DNA of 61,691 nucleotides, filler included, from 4 parts of 4 records of this genome joined end to end with filler, not necessarily neighbours in it; one strand, 5' to 3'. Shown: positions 51,046 through 61,661, counted from the whole stretch's first letter. Notes: generated by a model not told the origin, from the sequence alone. Translations and numbers: made by a program.

Positions 51046-52275
51046 ATGGCAGATACACTGATTTCGGTTGATTTGAGCGAGTCCCCGCATACCAATGAAA
51101 AGGTCCATAACCGCTGGCATCCGGATATTCCGATGGCGGTCTGGGTAGAGCCGGGCGACGACTTCAAGATCGAGACCTATGACTGGACCGGCGGGCAGAT
51201 CAAGAACAACGACGACGCGGCGGATGTGCGCGATGTCGAACTGGAACAGGTGCACTACCTCTCCGGTCCGATCGGCGTCAAAGGAGCCGAGCCGGGCGAT
51301 CTACTGGTCGTCGATATTCTCGACATCGGCGCCAAGGAAGAAATGCTCTGGGGCTTCAATGGCTTTTTCTCCAAGCAGAATGGCGGCGGGTTCCTGACGG
51401 AGCACTTCCCGGAAGCCCAGAAATCCATCTGGGATTTCGAAGGCATGTTCACGCGCTCGCGCCATGTGCCGGGCGTCAGCTATGCCGGCCTGATCCACCC
51501 GGGTCTGATCGGCTGCCTGCCGGACCGCAAGATGCTGGACATGTGGAACACTCGCGAAAAATCGTTGTTCGATACGGATCCCGACCGCGTTCCGGCACTT
51601 GCCGCCCTGCCGAACACCCAGTCTGCGCATATGGGACAGCTCAAGGGCGAAGCGCGCGACAAGGCAGCTGCCGAAGGCGCACGGACGGTTCCCCCGCGCG
51701 AACATGGCGGCAACTGCGATATCAAGGATCTGTCGCGCGGTTCGAAGATCTATTTCCCGGTCTATGTGGACGGTGCCGGTCTCTCCATGGGTGACCTGCA
51801 TTTCAGCCAGGGCGACGGTGAAATCACCTTCTGCGGCGCGATCGAAATGGCCGGCTGGCTGCACATCCGGGTCAACCTGATCAAGGGCGGGGTCGCGAAA
51901 TACGGGATCAAGAACCCGATCTTCAAACCCTCACCGATCACGCCGAAATATGACGACTACCTGATCTTTGAAGGCATCTCGGTCGATGAGGCCGGCACAC
52001 AGCATTACCTTGACGTGCACATTGCCTATCGCATGGCCTGCCTCAACGCCATCGAGTACATGAAGAAGTTCGGCTATTCCGGCGCGCAAGCCTACGCCAT
52101 CCTGGGAACGGCGCCTGTGCAGGGACATATTTCGGGCGTGGTCGATATTCCAAATGCCTGTGCCACCTTGTGGTTGCCGACCGACATCTTCGACTTCGAC
52201 ATGATGCCGGGTGCGGACGGACCGAAGACCTTCATTGACGGATCGGTCGACGTTCCGCTTGCGCCGGATCTTTGA
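51046..52275 (+). CDS. fmdA: Formamidase (acetamidase/formamidase family)
   Basis: HNRWHPDIP, RTVPPREHGGNCDIK, GDLHFSQGDGEI; GAGGAG RBS before the ATG at 51046. Confidence 0.95.
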   Translation: MADTLISVDLSESPHTNEKVHNRWHPDIPMAVWVEPGDDFKIETYDWTGGQIKNNDDAADVRDVELEQVHYLSGPIGVKGAEPGDLLVVDILDIGAKEEMLWGFNGFFSKQNGGGFLTEHFPEAQKSIWDFEGMFTRSRHVPGVSYAGLIHPGLIGCLPDRKMLDMWNTREKSLFDTDPDRVPALAALPNTQSAHMGQLKGEARDKAAAEGARTVPPREHGGNCDIKDLSRGSKIYFPVYVDGAGLSMGDLHFSQGDGEITFCGAIEMAGWLHIRVNLIKGGVAKYGIKNPIFKPSPITPKYDDYLIFEGISVDEAGTQHYLDVHIAYRMACLNAIEYMKKFGYSGAQAYAILGTAPVQGHISGVVDIPNACATLWLPTDIFDFDMMPGADGPKTFIDGSVDVPLAPDL

Positions 52276-52358
52276 TCCGGACGCGAAGACGAGACGGGCC
52301 CTGCCCGTCTCAAACCCCTTCCGCCGGCGAGCCGGCTTTCCGTCTTTCAGGATCAATC

Positions 52359-52733
52359 ATGCCGACCTACGATTATCTGTGCGCTTCCTGCGGTCCCATC
52401 TCCGCCAACCGGCCGATGTCCGCCCATGCGGATCCGATCGAATGTCCGATCTGCAAGGCGGAAGCCCCGCGCGCAATCCTTCAGGCGCCGCATATGTCGG
52501 GCCTGTCTCCCAGCGACCGGGCAGCCCATCAACGCAATGAAACTTCCCGGCACAACCCGAAATTCTCGACCAAGTCGGATCGTGACGACAGTGCGAGGGA
52601 AAACCGAAAACGTCACCCGTCGGGCTGCTCGTGCTGTTCCGGCTCGAAAGGAAATTTTCGCTCAAGTGCGGTCTACAAGGCCGACGGCAGCAAGACGTTC
52701 CCCTCAAAACGCCCCTGGATGATCAGCCACTGA
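52359..52733 (+). CDS. fmdB: FmdB-family zinc-ribbon protein
   Basis: MPTYDYLCASCG...CPIC, HPSGCSCC, C-terminal FPSKRPWMISH. Confidence 0.9.
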   Translation: MPTYDYLCASCGPISANRPMSAHADPIECPICKAEAPRAILQAPHMSGLSPSDRAAHQRNETSRHNPKFSTKSDRDDSARENRKRHPSGCSCCSGSKGNFRSSAVYKADGSKTFPSKRPWMISH

Positions 52734-52878
52734 CAGGTCGCGTATTCAGGGATACGTGGCAGGCCGCCTTGTTCCACTTTGTAAAAAGCTGCGTGAGGAG
52801 GAGGCGGCCACTCGGTCAGGGATATAGTTTGCGTGGCCTTGCTCACGTTGGCCGAAACGTCTTCAACGTGGCTGTTGG

Positions 52879-53361
52879 TCAGTCGCACGCGTCGTAGCGG
52901 CTGTCGCCGAATTCCAGCCAACGCTGACCGTCGTCTTCGAACACCAGGTATTCGGAGTGGTCTTCCCCCAAGAGGGCAACCACAAAGCCGCGCGGCGGTT
53001 GTGTTTTGCCGAAGTAGCTATAGGCCGTCATAGCTCTTATATCGGTCCCGTTCACCGTCACGACAGCATCCCATTCACCGTCGGGTTGTTCCGGTGTGTG
53101 GTATTCAATTCTCTGTTTTCCTGCCGCCTCGCCACAATAGGCGACACCTTTGGACGGCTGCGCCGACACCCGGACGAACTGCCGGTTGAAGATGGAACAC
53201 GAGGCACCCGCCAACGGGCTCGGGCCGCATCCCCTTTCGTGCGCCCATGAGCTGCTGTGCATCCTTTCGCCGGCAGGAAAAACAGCGCGCCACTGTCCGG
53301 CGGTAGCGGGAACCGCTGCAAAGGTGAGTGCGACCGCGAAGCAAATGCCGAATTTGAACAT
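52879..53361 (-). CDS. Hypothetical secreted protein
   Basis: Signal peptide MFKFGICFAVALTFAAVPATA; directly downstream of the VCBS gene. Confidence 0.65.
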   Translation of the reverse strand: MFKFGICFAVALTFAAVPATAGQWRAVFPAGERMHSSSWAHERGCGPSPLAGASCSIFNRQFVRVSAQPSKGVAYCGEAAGKQRIEYHTPEQPDGEWDAVVTVNGTDIRAMTAYSYFGKTQPPRGFVVALLGEDHSEYLVFEDDGQRWLEFGDSRYDACD

Positions 53362-53401
53362 ATCTTTTAGTCCCGATTGGATTTTAGGCGGCCTGACACG
53401 C

Positions 53402-55490
53402 CTACCCGTGCTGGTTCGTATCGTCATTTGGATTGGGCAAGAGAGGATCTGGCAAATCGGCAACAGAAACGTCATCCGGGGCGGCGGTACTCGCACCGTG
53501 TTGTCCGTCATCATCCAGGTCTGACACATCATCGCCCGGCAGCGTCGCAGGGTCTGGCAGATCGCTCAAAGTCGTGGCGCTGGCAGGATCGACACCGACT
53601 GCATCAAGATAGGCACCCAATTGGTCTGCGTGTACCGGTGGAGCCTGAGGCGCCTCCGGATCCTGTCCGATTGCCTCGAAATAGGAAGCCAGTCTTCCGG
53701 TTTCCGCATCTGCAGGCCCTCCAGGCATCTGAGACGGCATACTCGGACTTGCATCGTCTGTCTGACTATCCAAGTGATCGAGGTCGGTCCCGGCATCCGC
53801 GACGTCTTGGGAAGACGTGTCGTGGTCTGGCGGCGGAGCCGGATCGGCACTCATCAGATCGATGGTGATGTCGTCAGTATCTGTCTCATCGGGCGCATCA
53901 TGCTGAACGGTTGGAACAGGAGTGAAGGTAATGCCTTGCAGCACCGTGTGATCGACATGGTGGCCACTGTTTCCGTGAACACTTTGAACGTCGATCTGGA
54001 CCTGAACATCCGCAGTCCCGGCAGACACGCCCTGCTGAACGATGTGGAAGGTGTCGATGTGCTGACCAGACGCTGTGGAAGTTCCACCCTGCTTTATGAC
54101 ACCCGAGTTCTGTTGATAGTGATACTCGAAGTGCCCGGTTTGCTGATCAATGACCAAAGTCCCGTAGAGGCCTTGAAGCGAAAGGACGACACCGCCATGC
54201 CCGTTGTCGATGCCCCATCCACCTTGGCCACCGCCGCTGAACGTTCCGGTAAGATGTTGTGAGCCCACGCCCTGCACTGCTGCAACGGATGGCGTCACGG
54301 CGGGTGCGTCGTAGGTACCGGTCACGGTAATGACGAGGTTTTCCGTATCGGTGGCACCGGCTCTGTCGGTCACGGTCACCGGGATAGTGAGCTGTTCGAC
54401 CTGGCCTTGCGCCAGATGCTGGTAGGCGGCGTGAGACGGATCAAAGGTCCACGAGCCGTCGGAGTTCATCGCGAAACCATCGACGGGATGGCTGATCGAG
54501 AAACTCTTCGTGTCGCCCGTATCCACGTCCGTGGCGATCATCTGTCCCGTGACGACCTTGCCGTCTTCCACCGCCGATGCGGTGGCAGCAGTCAGAACCG
54601 GACCATCGTTGGTGCCGGTTACGGTGATGACAAGGCTTTGCGCGTCAGTGGCGCCGGCGCTGTCGGTGACAGCGACCGGGATGGTGACCTGCTGGGTCTG
54701 ACCGGCTGCCAGATGCTGGTAAGCTGCATGGCTTGGGTCGAAATTCCACGAACCGTCCGTGTTCATGGTGAAGCCGTCGATGGGCTGACCGATGGAGAAG
54801 GCCCTGGTATCTCCGGTGTCCACATCCGTTGCCACCATCTGTCCTGTGACAGTGCCGCCGTCTTCGGTGGCCGAGGCTGTCGCCGCCATCAGGACCGGGG
54901 CATCGTTGGTCCCCGCAATGGTGACGGTGATGTCATGGGTGGTCCCGTCGAGACTGGTGACTGTGAGCGTGTCCGTGAGCGGCGTACCACCCACCTGGAG
55001 CGCCTGAACGGCTGCCTGACTGTTGTCGGCCGTATACGTCCAGTGGCCCTGGGCATCCAGCGTGAATGTGCCGTATGTCCCCGCACCTGCTGCTCCCGTG
55101 ACCGGTGTAAACGCCGCCTCGCCCGCATCCGGGTCAACAACCATCAGGGTGCCGCCCGCCGTCAGCAAGCCTCCAGTGACGTGCTTGTCTTCCGTCACCG
55201 AGCCCGTGTCGGTTCCCGTGATGACTGCTGCGTCCGGTGTCGCCCCCAGGACCAGGCTCGCGGTCTGCGGGACACTGCCCCCATGTCCGTCGGTGACCTG
55301 ATAGCTCAGGCTCACCGGACCATTGTAGTTGGCATCAGGTGTGAAGGTGAAGCCATGCGCGGCATCGCCGGTGATGGTCCCGTGGCTGGCACTCAGCCCG
55401 GTGACAGAAAGTACATCGCCCGTGTCGATGTCCGTGGCATGTGCCAGAAGCTGAGCTGCGGTGATCGAGACCGCCTGGTCTTCCTTGCCA
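53402..55490 (-). CDS. VCBS / cadherin-like repeat adhesin, C-terminal part (5' end lost in the gap)
   Basis: Repeats TNDAPV...ATDVDTGD...DGSWxFDPSHAAYQHL; SYQVTDGHGG; acidic C-terminal tail. Confidence 0.9.
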
Positions 55491-55590
55491 NNNNNNNNNN
55501 NNNNNNNNNNNNNNNNNNNNNNNNNNNNNNNNNNTTAATTAATTAANNNNNNNNNNNNNNNNNNNNNNNNNNNNNNNNNNNNNNNNNNNN
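55491..55590. other. Artificial contig linker
   Basis: N-run, TTAATTAATTAA, N-run. Confidence 0.98.
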
Positions 55591-56207
55591 TGCTGCAACG
55601 CGCCCATCAGCATCGGTCCGCGCCAGACCACCGCCTGATCATCGTTGGTCATCAGACCAATCGACATCATTGTGACCCCGTGATTGCGCATCGGCAGAAT
55701 GGTTTTGCCATCCGGGCTGGCGGGGCGGCCAGATACGCCCAACATGCGCGGCTGGCTGGGCCCGTAAACATCCGCATCAAGCAGACCAACACGTCGGCCC
55801 TGCGCGGCCAATGCGCAGGCCAGATTGGCCGAAACAGTGGATTTGCCCACGCCACCCTTGCCGCTGGCCACGGCGATGATGTTGTTCACTCCGGGAATTT
55901 TTTCCGGGCCTTTGGGTTCGGATTTATGGCCAAGCTTCAGGTCGGGCGGTGCAGGTTGGGCGCTGTGGCCGGTCAGAACAACGGAGAGGTTTTCAACGCC
56001 TTCTACGGCTTTGACCAATGCCTCGGCCTGATCGCGGATCGGCCCGTAGGCCTCAGCGCGGGCCGGATCAATCTCAAGCACAAAGCGGACATTGCCGCCG
56101 TCAATGTTCAACGCCCGTACCACACCGGCGGCGACGATATCGCCTTTGCCCGTGGGGTCTTCGATGGTTTTCAGGGTCTCAAGGACCGCCTCACGTGTCA
56201 CGCTCAA
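55591..56207 (-). CDS. mrp: Mrp/NBP35 Fe-S carrier ATPase, 3' truncated
   Basis: AVASGKGGVGKST, LLDADVYGPS, VVWRGPMLMGAL. Confidence 0.93.
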
Positions 56208-56210
56208 GGG

Positions 56211-56402
56211 TTAGTCCTGCCCTTTGATGGTGCCGGTCACGACATGTTCCATATCCAGCCCGTCGATGGTGACAACGGCCCGCGCGGTGAATTCTTTGCC
56301 GCCGGTTTCCGCGTTGCGCATCGCCTCTTCGATGGCCTGCTGAGAGGTCACGCCAACTTGCTTGAGAAACTTGCGCATCGACATGTTGAAATCATCGCTC
56401 AT
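56211..56402 (-). CDS. Small conserved hypothetical protein (DUF6494-like)
   Basis: FNMSMRKFLKQVGVTSQQAIE; AGGA RBS; 3 nt upstream of mrp. Confidence 0.75.
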   Translation of the reverse strand: MSDDFNMSMRKFLKQVGVTSQQAIEEAMRNAETGGKEFTARAVVTIDGLDMEHVVTGTIKGQD

Positions 56403-56459
56403 CTTTTGATCTTTCCTGTTGGTGTTGACGAAAGAAGTCAGGAGTTCCTAACATCTTAT

Positions 56460-57215
56460 ATGTTTTTGCGTCTGCGTCATTTCCTTCTGGCCTTGATTGC
56501 CGTTGCTATCTGCGCCGGGCAAGCCGTTGCAGATGAAAGGAAATTTCGCCTTTATGCGCCGCCCGCCCTGATCGAAAGCGGGGTGCTGAAATACATGCTG
56601 CCGCGTTTCTCGCTCAAAACCCAGGTGCGCATTGAACTGGTTGATGATCCCGCACAGGCTGATGCCAGCTTTGGCACGGAGGGCATTGCGGTGTTTGACG
56701 GGTTGGGCCAGCGCTGGCATTTTGCGGTGCCCGATGGCGGTCACCCCGGTGCGCTGCGGTTTGGCGAATGGATCGGGTCTGAGGTGGGTCGCCGGACCGT
56801 GGTAGGCTTTGAGGTGGACGGTGCGGCTCTGTTCAGCCTGCCGTCGCAAGATCAAGCCGTTGCCGAAGCCGCGCGTTATGACGGGGATGCGGTGGCGGGC
56901 CGGATCAAGGCGCGGGGATTGTGTGGGCGTTGTCATGTGGTGGTTGCGGCGGACCGGATGAATGCCATCGGATCGACGCCATCCTTCTTTGCGCTGCGCA
57001 GTCTGGGTGACTGGGAGGACCGCTTTGCCGCCTTCTTTGCCCTCAACCCGCACCCGGCGTTTACGCAGGTCGAGGACGTCACTGACCCCTTCCCGGTGGA
57101 TCGCCCGTCGCCCATCGTTCCGGTCGCACTGACCTTGGATGATCTGGAGGCAATCATCGCCTATGTTGCCGCGCTGGAGCCAGCCGATCTTGGGGCGCCG
57201 CTTGATCATCAGTGA
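56460..57215 (+). CDS. Exported protein with C-terminal monoheme cytochrome c domain
   Basis: Signal peptide from the ATG at 56460; CGRCH at 56922-56936. Confidence 0.75.
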   Translation: MFLRLRHFLLALIAVAICAGQAVADERKFRLYAPPALIESGVLKYMLPRFSLKTQVRIELVDDPAQADASFGTEGIAVFDGLGQRWHFAVPDGGHPGALRFGEWIGSEVGRRTVVGFEVDGAALFSLPSQDQAVAEAARYDGDAVAGRIKARGLCGRCHVVVAADRMNAIGSTPSFFALRSLGDWEDRFAAFFALNPHPAFTQVEDVTDPFPVDRPSPIVPVALTLDDLEAIIAYVAALEPADLGAPLDHQ

Positions 57216-59158
57216 TCCTTGCGTTTGCTGAGGTAGTCCGCCGTGGTTCTGGGGCGCGGCCGTTCAGCGCCTGCAAAGGGGCTGTTTTCCGCATGGTATT
57301 GCGCGTTCACACGGCAGTTGTCGCACATCTGGATCATCCGCGCTGCATCACCGGTTTTGAACATCGCATGTTTGCCAGCCAACTTTTCCGTGATCTTTTC
57401 GATAGTGGATTTCACTCCAAACAATTCGCCACATTCCACACAGGCAAAGGGCTCTTCTTCGTTCAGGATCACCTGTTCCAAGGCGCTGTTTTCCAAATTC
57501 ATGCGGGGCTCATAAGTGATCGCATCTTCGGGGCAGACATTGGCGCAAAGCCCGCATTGCAAACAGGCGTCTTCCTGAAACCGCAGCTGCGGCAGGTCGG
57601 GATTGTCGCCCAATGCGCCTGAAGGGCACAAAGAAATGCAAGACAGGCAAAGCGTGCAAGCATCCGTATCAACCAATACCGCGCCGTAGGGGGCATCCTC
57701 CGGCAAGGCGATCTGTGTCGCCTCAGGGTTCAGCGCCTTTGCGGCGGTGCGGGCGATTTGCCTGCGCGTGCCCATGGGGCGCTGCGGGGTCACATCGTTG
57801 GGGGTGGTTTGTGCTGCGAACAACTGATCCGACAACATGTTAGGGTCATTGGTGTCCATCAGGGTAACCCGGTCGCCGCCCATGGCGCGGGCAAGGGTTG
57901 CCTCGCCGGTTATAACATCGCGGTCTGATTTTGGTGTGAGCAGGACAGTCACATCCGCAAACCCGGCGGCCAATGCGGCCAACATCTCGGCATGGCCAAT
58001 GGTGGCAAGGGCGTCAACCTCCAGCGGGATCACATTGGCAGGCAGGCCGTTGCCGTAGCGCGCGGCGAGGCGGATCATCTCGGCGCCGGTTTCATTCACG
58101 GCCAACAGGCGCGGATTTTGCCCGCCCGCATCCAGATAGGCCTTGGCCAGTGTCTGAATGCGCCGGAACGTCAGATCTGCGGGCGGGGCGTCATAGCTGA
58201 TCGCGCCGGAGGGACAAAGCGATGCGCAAGCGCCGCAGCCCGCGCAGATCAGCGGATCAACCGTCACATGGTCGCCGTCCGGCGTGATCGCCCCGGTTGG
58301 GCAGACATCCAGACAGCGTGTGCAACCGGTCTGCTCCGCCCGCGAATGGGCGCACAGCAAGGGTTCGGCTTTGATATAAAGCGGTTGCTCAAAGGTGCCG
58401 GTCAGATGGGACGCCTCAAGCACCGATGCGGCCACGTCCAACGGGTTGCCGGGGTCGGGGCGCAAGTAACCTTCGCGTTTTTCATGAGCCGGGAACAGCG
58501 GTGTCTCGCCGCGCAGGTCCAGCAGGATATCGCATTGTGACCGCCCGCCGTTTTGCGGATCAGAGAACGCAATATCACCGCGACCGGCAGGATCCGGGAT
58601 TTGCAGTGCATCAATGGTGACGTCAAACTGGCCCAATGATCCTTTGGCGGTTTTCAAGCGGCCCACAACAACATCAAAATCGCGGCTTTCCAGGCCTTCT
58701 GGCGGGGCCGGCAGCAGGATAGTGACGCTCAGATACTGGGAAAGCTGCGCGGCAACATGTAGCGCGGTTTCATCCCGCGCAAGGATCAGGCAAAGCCCTT
58801 CAGAAACGACATCCAGCGTTTTGGCCGTTGCGGCGGGCAATGTTGTCTCTGCCACCAGCGCGGCCATTTTGGGTAGTTTCGGGGCCTTGTCCTTGCTCCA
58901 ACCTGCCCGGTCGCGCAGGTCCAGGGTGGCGGGGGCAGGGGCGTCCAGACTGTCTGCGAGCTCTTCGAAAAGGGCCGATTCTTGGGCACAGCAAAAAATT
59001 GCATCCCCGGTCGAGATCGCCTCTGCAGCGGCTTTTGACTGGACCGTGCAGAGGGCGGAATGCACCTTTGAGCACGGCAGGCCGGTGACCGATTTGAGGG
59101 CCTCTGCGTCTATGGTTTGGGTGCCCGCACAATCGCATAAAATCAATGATTTAGACAT
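57209..59158 (-). CDS. Multi-4Fe-4S ferredoxin-like protein associated with FDH loci
   Basis: CTRCLDVCP, CAGCGACASLCP, CTLCLSCISLCP, CLQCGLCANVCP, CVECG...CDNC; ATG at 59158. Confidence 0.9.
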   Translation of the reverse strand: MSKSLILCDCAGTQTIDAEALKSVTGLPCSKVHSALCTVQSKAAAEAISTGDAIFCCAQESALFEELADSLDAPAPATLDLRDRAGWSKDKAPKLPKMAALVAETTLPAATAKTLDVVSEGLCLILARDETALHVAAQLSQYLSVTILLPAPPEGLESRDFDVVVGRLKTAKGSLGQFDVTIDALQIPDPAGRGDIAFSDPQNGGRSQCDILLDLRGETPLFPAHEKREGYLRPDPGNPLDVAASVLEASHLTGTFEQPLYIKAEPLLCAHSRAEQTGCTRCLDVCPTGAITPDGDHVTVDPLICAGCGACASLCPSGAISYDAPPADLTFRRIQTLAKAYLDAGGQNPRLLAVNETGAEMIRLAARYGNGLPANVIPLEVDALATIGHAEMLAALAAGFADVTVLLTPKSDRDVITGEATLARAMGGDRVTLMDTNDPNMLSDQLFAAQTTPNDVTPQRPMGTRRQIARTAAKALNPEATQIALPEDAPYGAVLVDTDACTLCLSCISLCPSGALGDNPDLPQLRFQEDACLQCGLCANVCPEDAITYEPRMNLENSALEQVILNEEEPFACVECGELFGVKSTIEKITEKLAGKHAMFKTGDAARMIQMCDNCRVNAQYHAENSPFAGAERPRPRTTADYLSKRKDH

Positions 59159-59499
59159 GTTTTCCCTGCCCCAATTCCAGTCTTTTTCAAGGTCCGTTAT
59201 GCACCCCGAAGCCATTCTAAGTAGGCATGATTCCTTTGGCCCGTAAACCGGCTTTTTGGTGGCGCTTTGGCTGGATCAGGGGCGAATCAGTTGGATTGAT
59301 TCGGCTCTTGATTGGGCGGGCTGTTTTCCGATTGTTTTAGTCGAGATAGACAATAAGTCCGCCGGGCTTATGGCCGACTTTCACAATTGCCCAAATTGTC
59401 CGCAATCTGATCAAAGCATGCAGCAATCCCAATTCCCGCTTTGTCCAAGAGCGACGTTGGGGCAGGCTGAACCGGCAATATCGAATTCTCCGGGGCCAA

Positions 59500-60069
59500 G
59501 TGATCCACAATCCGAAACAGTATGAGACGATGCCGATGGGCGTTGTGCTGCGCCGCACACCGGGTGTGACCCGCTGGGCGAAATGGTCGTGGCGGGCTGT
59601 TGGCGTGTTGCCGGGCGCGGCAGAGGCCAATTGGGCCGCCCTGCGCAGCGATGGCGAGATCACCGAATTTCACGCAGCAACCCTGATGCTTGAGCTGCAC
59701 GGCGCTGAAACGGATGCCTATCTGCATGGGCTGAGCGCACAGGTGCCTTGTCTTTATGTGGTTATGCGGGAAACGGATGATCCGGCGCGGCCCTTTGATT
59801 TGGTTCTGATCACCGCCTCACCTTACGAGGCGCAGGATTATGCGGACAATGGCGAGGACGTGGTGGAAAAGATCGCGATGCCGCCGGTGGTGATTGGCTG
59901 GGTCGAAACCTTTGCACAGCAGTTCCACATCGAAGAGGTCTTCAAGAAACGCCGCCGCGACAAGAAAGACATTGGTCTGGTCGAAGACGGGATAGGCGAT
60001 GTGCGGATCGCCCAGATGGCGGATGTTTATCGCGCACCGAGCAAGGCCAAGAAGGAGCGTCTTCAATGA
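59500..60069 (+). CDS. DUF3305-type FDH-cluster protein
   Basis: TRWAKWSWR, ETDAYLHGL, TASPYEAQDY, FKKRRR; start at GTG 59500 or ATG 59530. Confidence 0.8.
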   Translation: MIHNPKQYETMPMGVVLRRTPGVTRWAKWSWRAVGVLPGAAEANWAALRSDGEITEFHAATLMLELHGAETDAYLHGLSAQVPCLYVVMRETDDPARPFDLVLITASPYEAQDYADNGEDVVEKIAMPPVVIGWVETFAQQFHIEEVFKKRRRDKKDIGLVEDGIGDVRIAQMADVYRAPSKAKKERLQ

Positions 60070-60686
60070 GCCGCAGTGATTTCTGGTCGCGCCGCAAGGC
60101 CGCGGTTGAGGCAGAAGCCGAAGGCGATGCGCAGGCATTGTTGGAGGTTGAGGCCGAGGTGCAAGAAGCCGCTTTGGCGGAGAAGACCGATGCAGAGATC
60201 CTTGAAGAGTTGGGTCTGCCAGATCCGGACACATTGAACGAAGGTGATGATTTCAAGGTGTTTCTGGCTCAGACCGTTCCAGCCCGCATTCGTGATCGTG
60301 CCTTGCGCCGCCTTTGGATCAGCAATCCGGTTTTGGCCAATATCGATGGCTTGGTCGATTATGGCGAGGATTTCACCGATGCGTCCTTTTTGCTGGGCAA
60401 TTTGCAGACCGCCTATCAGGTCGGCAAAGGAATGACCGCCCATGTTGAGGAGCTGGCCCGCCAAGCCGAGGCAGAGCAAACCGCCGCAGACGAGCCGGCC
60501 CCGCTTGAGGACGAGCTTCCAGCCGAGGCTGATGAACCCGTGCCGGATGCCGTGCCAGAGGATGATCTGATCGCCGCAGCTGAGCCGCAGCCAAGTGCAA
60601 CCGAAGAAACACAAGAACCTGAACTGGCCGCCGCGCCCCGGCGGATGCGGTTTGTGTTCGACACGCCCCAGCAGGTGTCTGCGTGA
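60066..60686 (+). CDS. DUF3306-type FDH-cluster protein
   Basis: WSRRKAAV, RALRRLW, DGLVDYGEDFT. Confidence 0.8.
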   Translation: MSRSDFWSRRKAAVEAEAEGDAQALLEVEAEVQEAALAEKTDAEILEELGLPDPDTLNEGDDFKVFLAQTVPARIRDRALRRLWISNPVLANIDGLVDYGEDFTDASFLLGNLQTAYQVGKGMTAHVEELARQAEAEQTAADEPAPLEDELPAEADEPVPDAVPEDDLIAAAEPQPSATEETQEPELAAAPRRMRFVFDTPQQVSA

Positions 60687-61309
60687 CCAAGGAGACCGAT
60701 ATGACCGCCACAGCAGAACAGATCACCATCGCGCCAGAAGACCGGCAGCGGGCCGATCTGTACAATTTCCTGGGTCTGCTTTTGGCCGGACCACCCAGCG
60801 AGATGCTGCTGGAACAATGTGCCGATCTCGGCGGCGATGAGGGCCCCCTTGGCACTGCGATCAACGCGCTGGCCAAGATTGCCAAGCTGTCCAAACCCGC
60901 GCAGGTGGAACGCGAATTTAACAAGCTGTTCATCGGTTTGGGACGGGGTGAGTTGCTGCCTTATGCCAGCTACTATTTGACCGGTTTTCTTAATGAAAAA
61001 CCACTGGCCAGCCTGCGCCGCGATATGGCCGCGCGCGGGATGCGGCGCGCACCCAATGTTTATGAGCCTGAAGACAACATCGCGTCTTTGATGGAGCTGA
61101 TGGGCGCAATGGTTGTGGGCCGCTTTGGGTCGCCTGCGCCGCTGGACGATCAAAAGGTGTTCTTTAACCGGCACATCACCCCTTGGGCGGGGCATTTTTA
61201 TTCGGATTTGGAAGCTGCGAAAAACTCGGTTTTTTATGCTGCGGTCGGCGCTGTTGGCCGCGTGTTCATGGAAATCGAGAGCGAAGGTTTTCGGATGAGC
61301 GCGGGCTAA
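60683..61309 (+). CDS. TorD/DmsD-family molybdoenzyme chaperone
   Basis: RADLYNFL, GRGELLPYASYYLTGFL, EPEDNIASL, FFNRHITPW. Confidence 0.9.
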   Translation: MTKETDMTATAEQITIAPEDRQRADLYNFLGLLLAGPPSEMLLEQCADLGGDEGPLGTAINALAKIAKLSKPAQVEREFNKLFIGLGRGELLPYASYYLTGFLNEKPLASLRRDMAARGMRRAPNVYEPEDNIASLMELMGAMVVGRFGSPAPLDDQKVFFNRHITPWAGHFYSDLEAAKNSVFYAAVGAVGRVFMEIESEGFRMSAG

Positions 61310-61359
61310 CCCCCGCATTTTCGGCGGGCAACCGCCACCCACCAGAGAGGAGGACTCTC

Positions 61360-61551
61360 ATGACCAAGAAAAACGAGGAGGCCACAAGCCGACGCGATTT
61401 TCTCAAGCTGGCGGCGACCGGCGCACCTGCTGCGGCAGTTGCTGTTGTTGCCAGCGGGGGCGCGGCCGAGGCCGCAGAACCCGACCTGTCATTGGAAAAG
61501 ATGCAGGATACCGCGCACACCCGCGCCTACTACGACAGCGCCCGTTTCTAA
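61360..61551 (+). CDS. Small Tat-signal protein preceding the FDH alpha subunit
   Basis: SRRDFLK twin-arginine motif; DTAHTRAYYDSARF; GAGGAGG RBS. Confidence 0.85.
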   Translation: MTKKNEEATSRRDFLKLAATGAPAAAVAVVASGGAAEAAEPDLSLEKMQDTAHTRAYYDSARF

Positions 61552-61661
61552 CAAGGATCGGACGATGTGAACTGCCACAGGCGACTGGTTGCGATTGGCC
61601 CGACTGCCTGCGGATTTCGTTAACCCAGCTCAGTCCGAAACGGACAGCAAGGGAGGTTTAA

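Noticed and set aside
49461-51167. 568-aa minus-strand ORF and similar long antisense ORFs (47438-48481, 35498-36700, 54407-55546)
   Set aside because: Shadow ORFs opposite well-supported genes in high-GC DNA
46480-52733. urtABCDE-fmdAB as a novel system
   Set aside because: A well-known amide/urea uptake plus formamidase arrangement
55680-56459. N-terminal half of the 511-aa plus-strand ORF
   Set aside because: It is the antisense shadow of mrp and the small DUF gene; the real start is the ATG at 56460 with a signal peptide
61552-61661. Moco/Wco riboswitch before the probable fdhA
   Set aside because: Only a short GTCCG-AAA-CGGAC hairpin is visible, which is not enough to support the multi-stem motif
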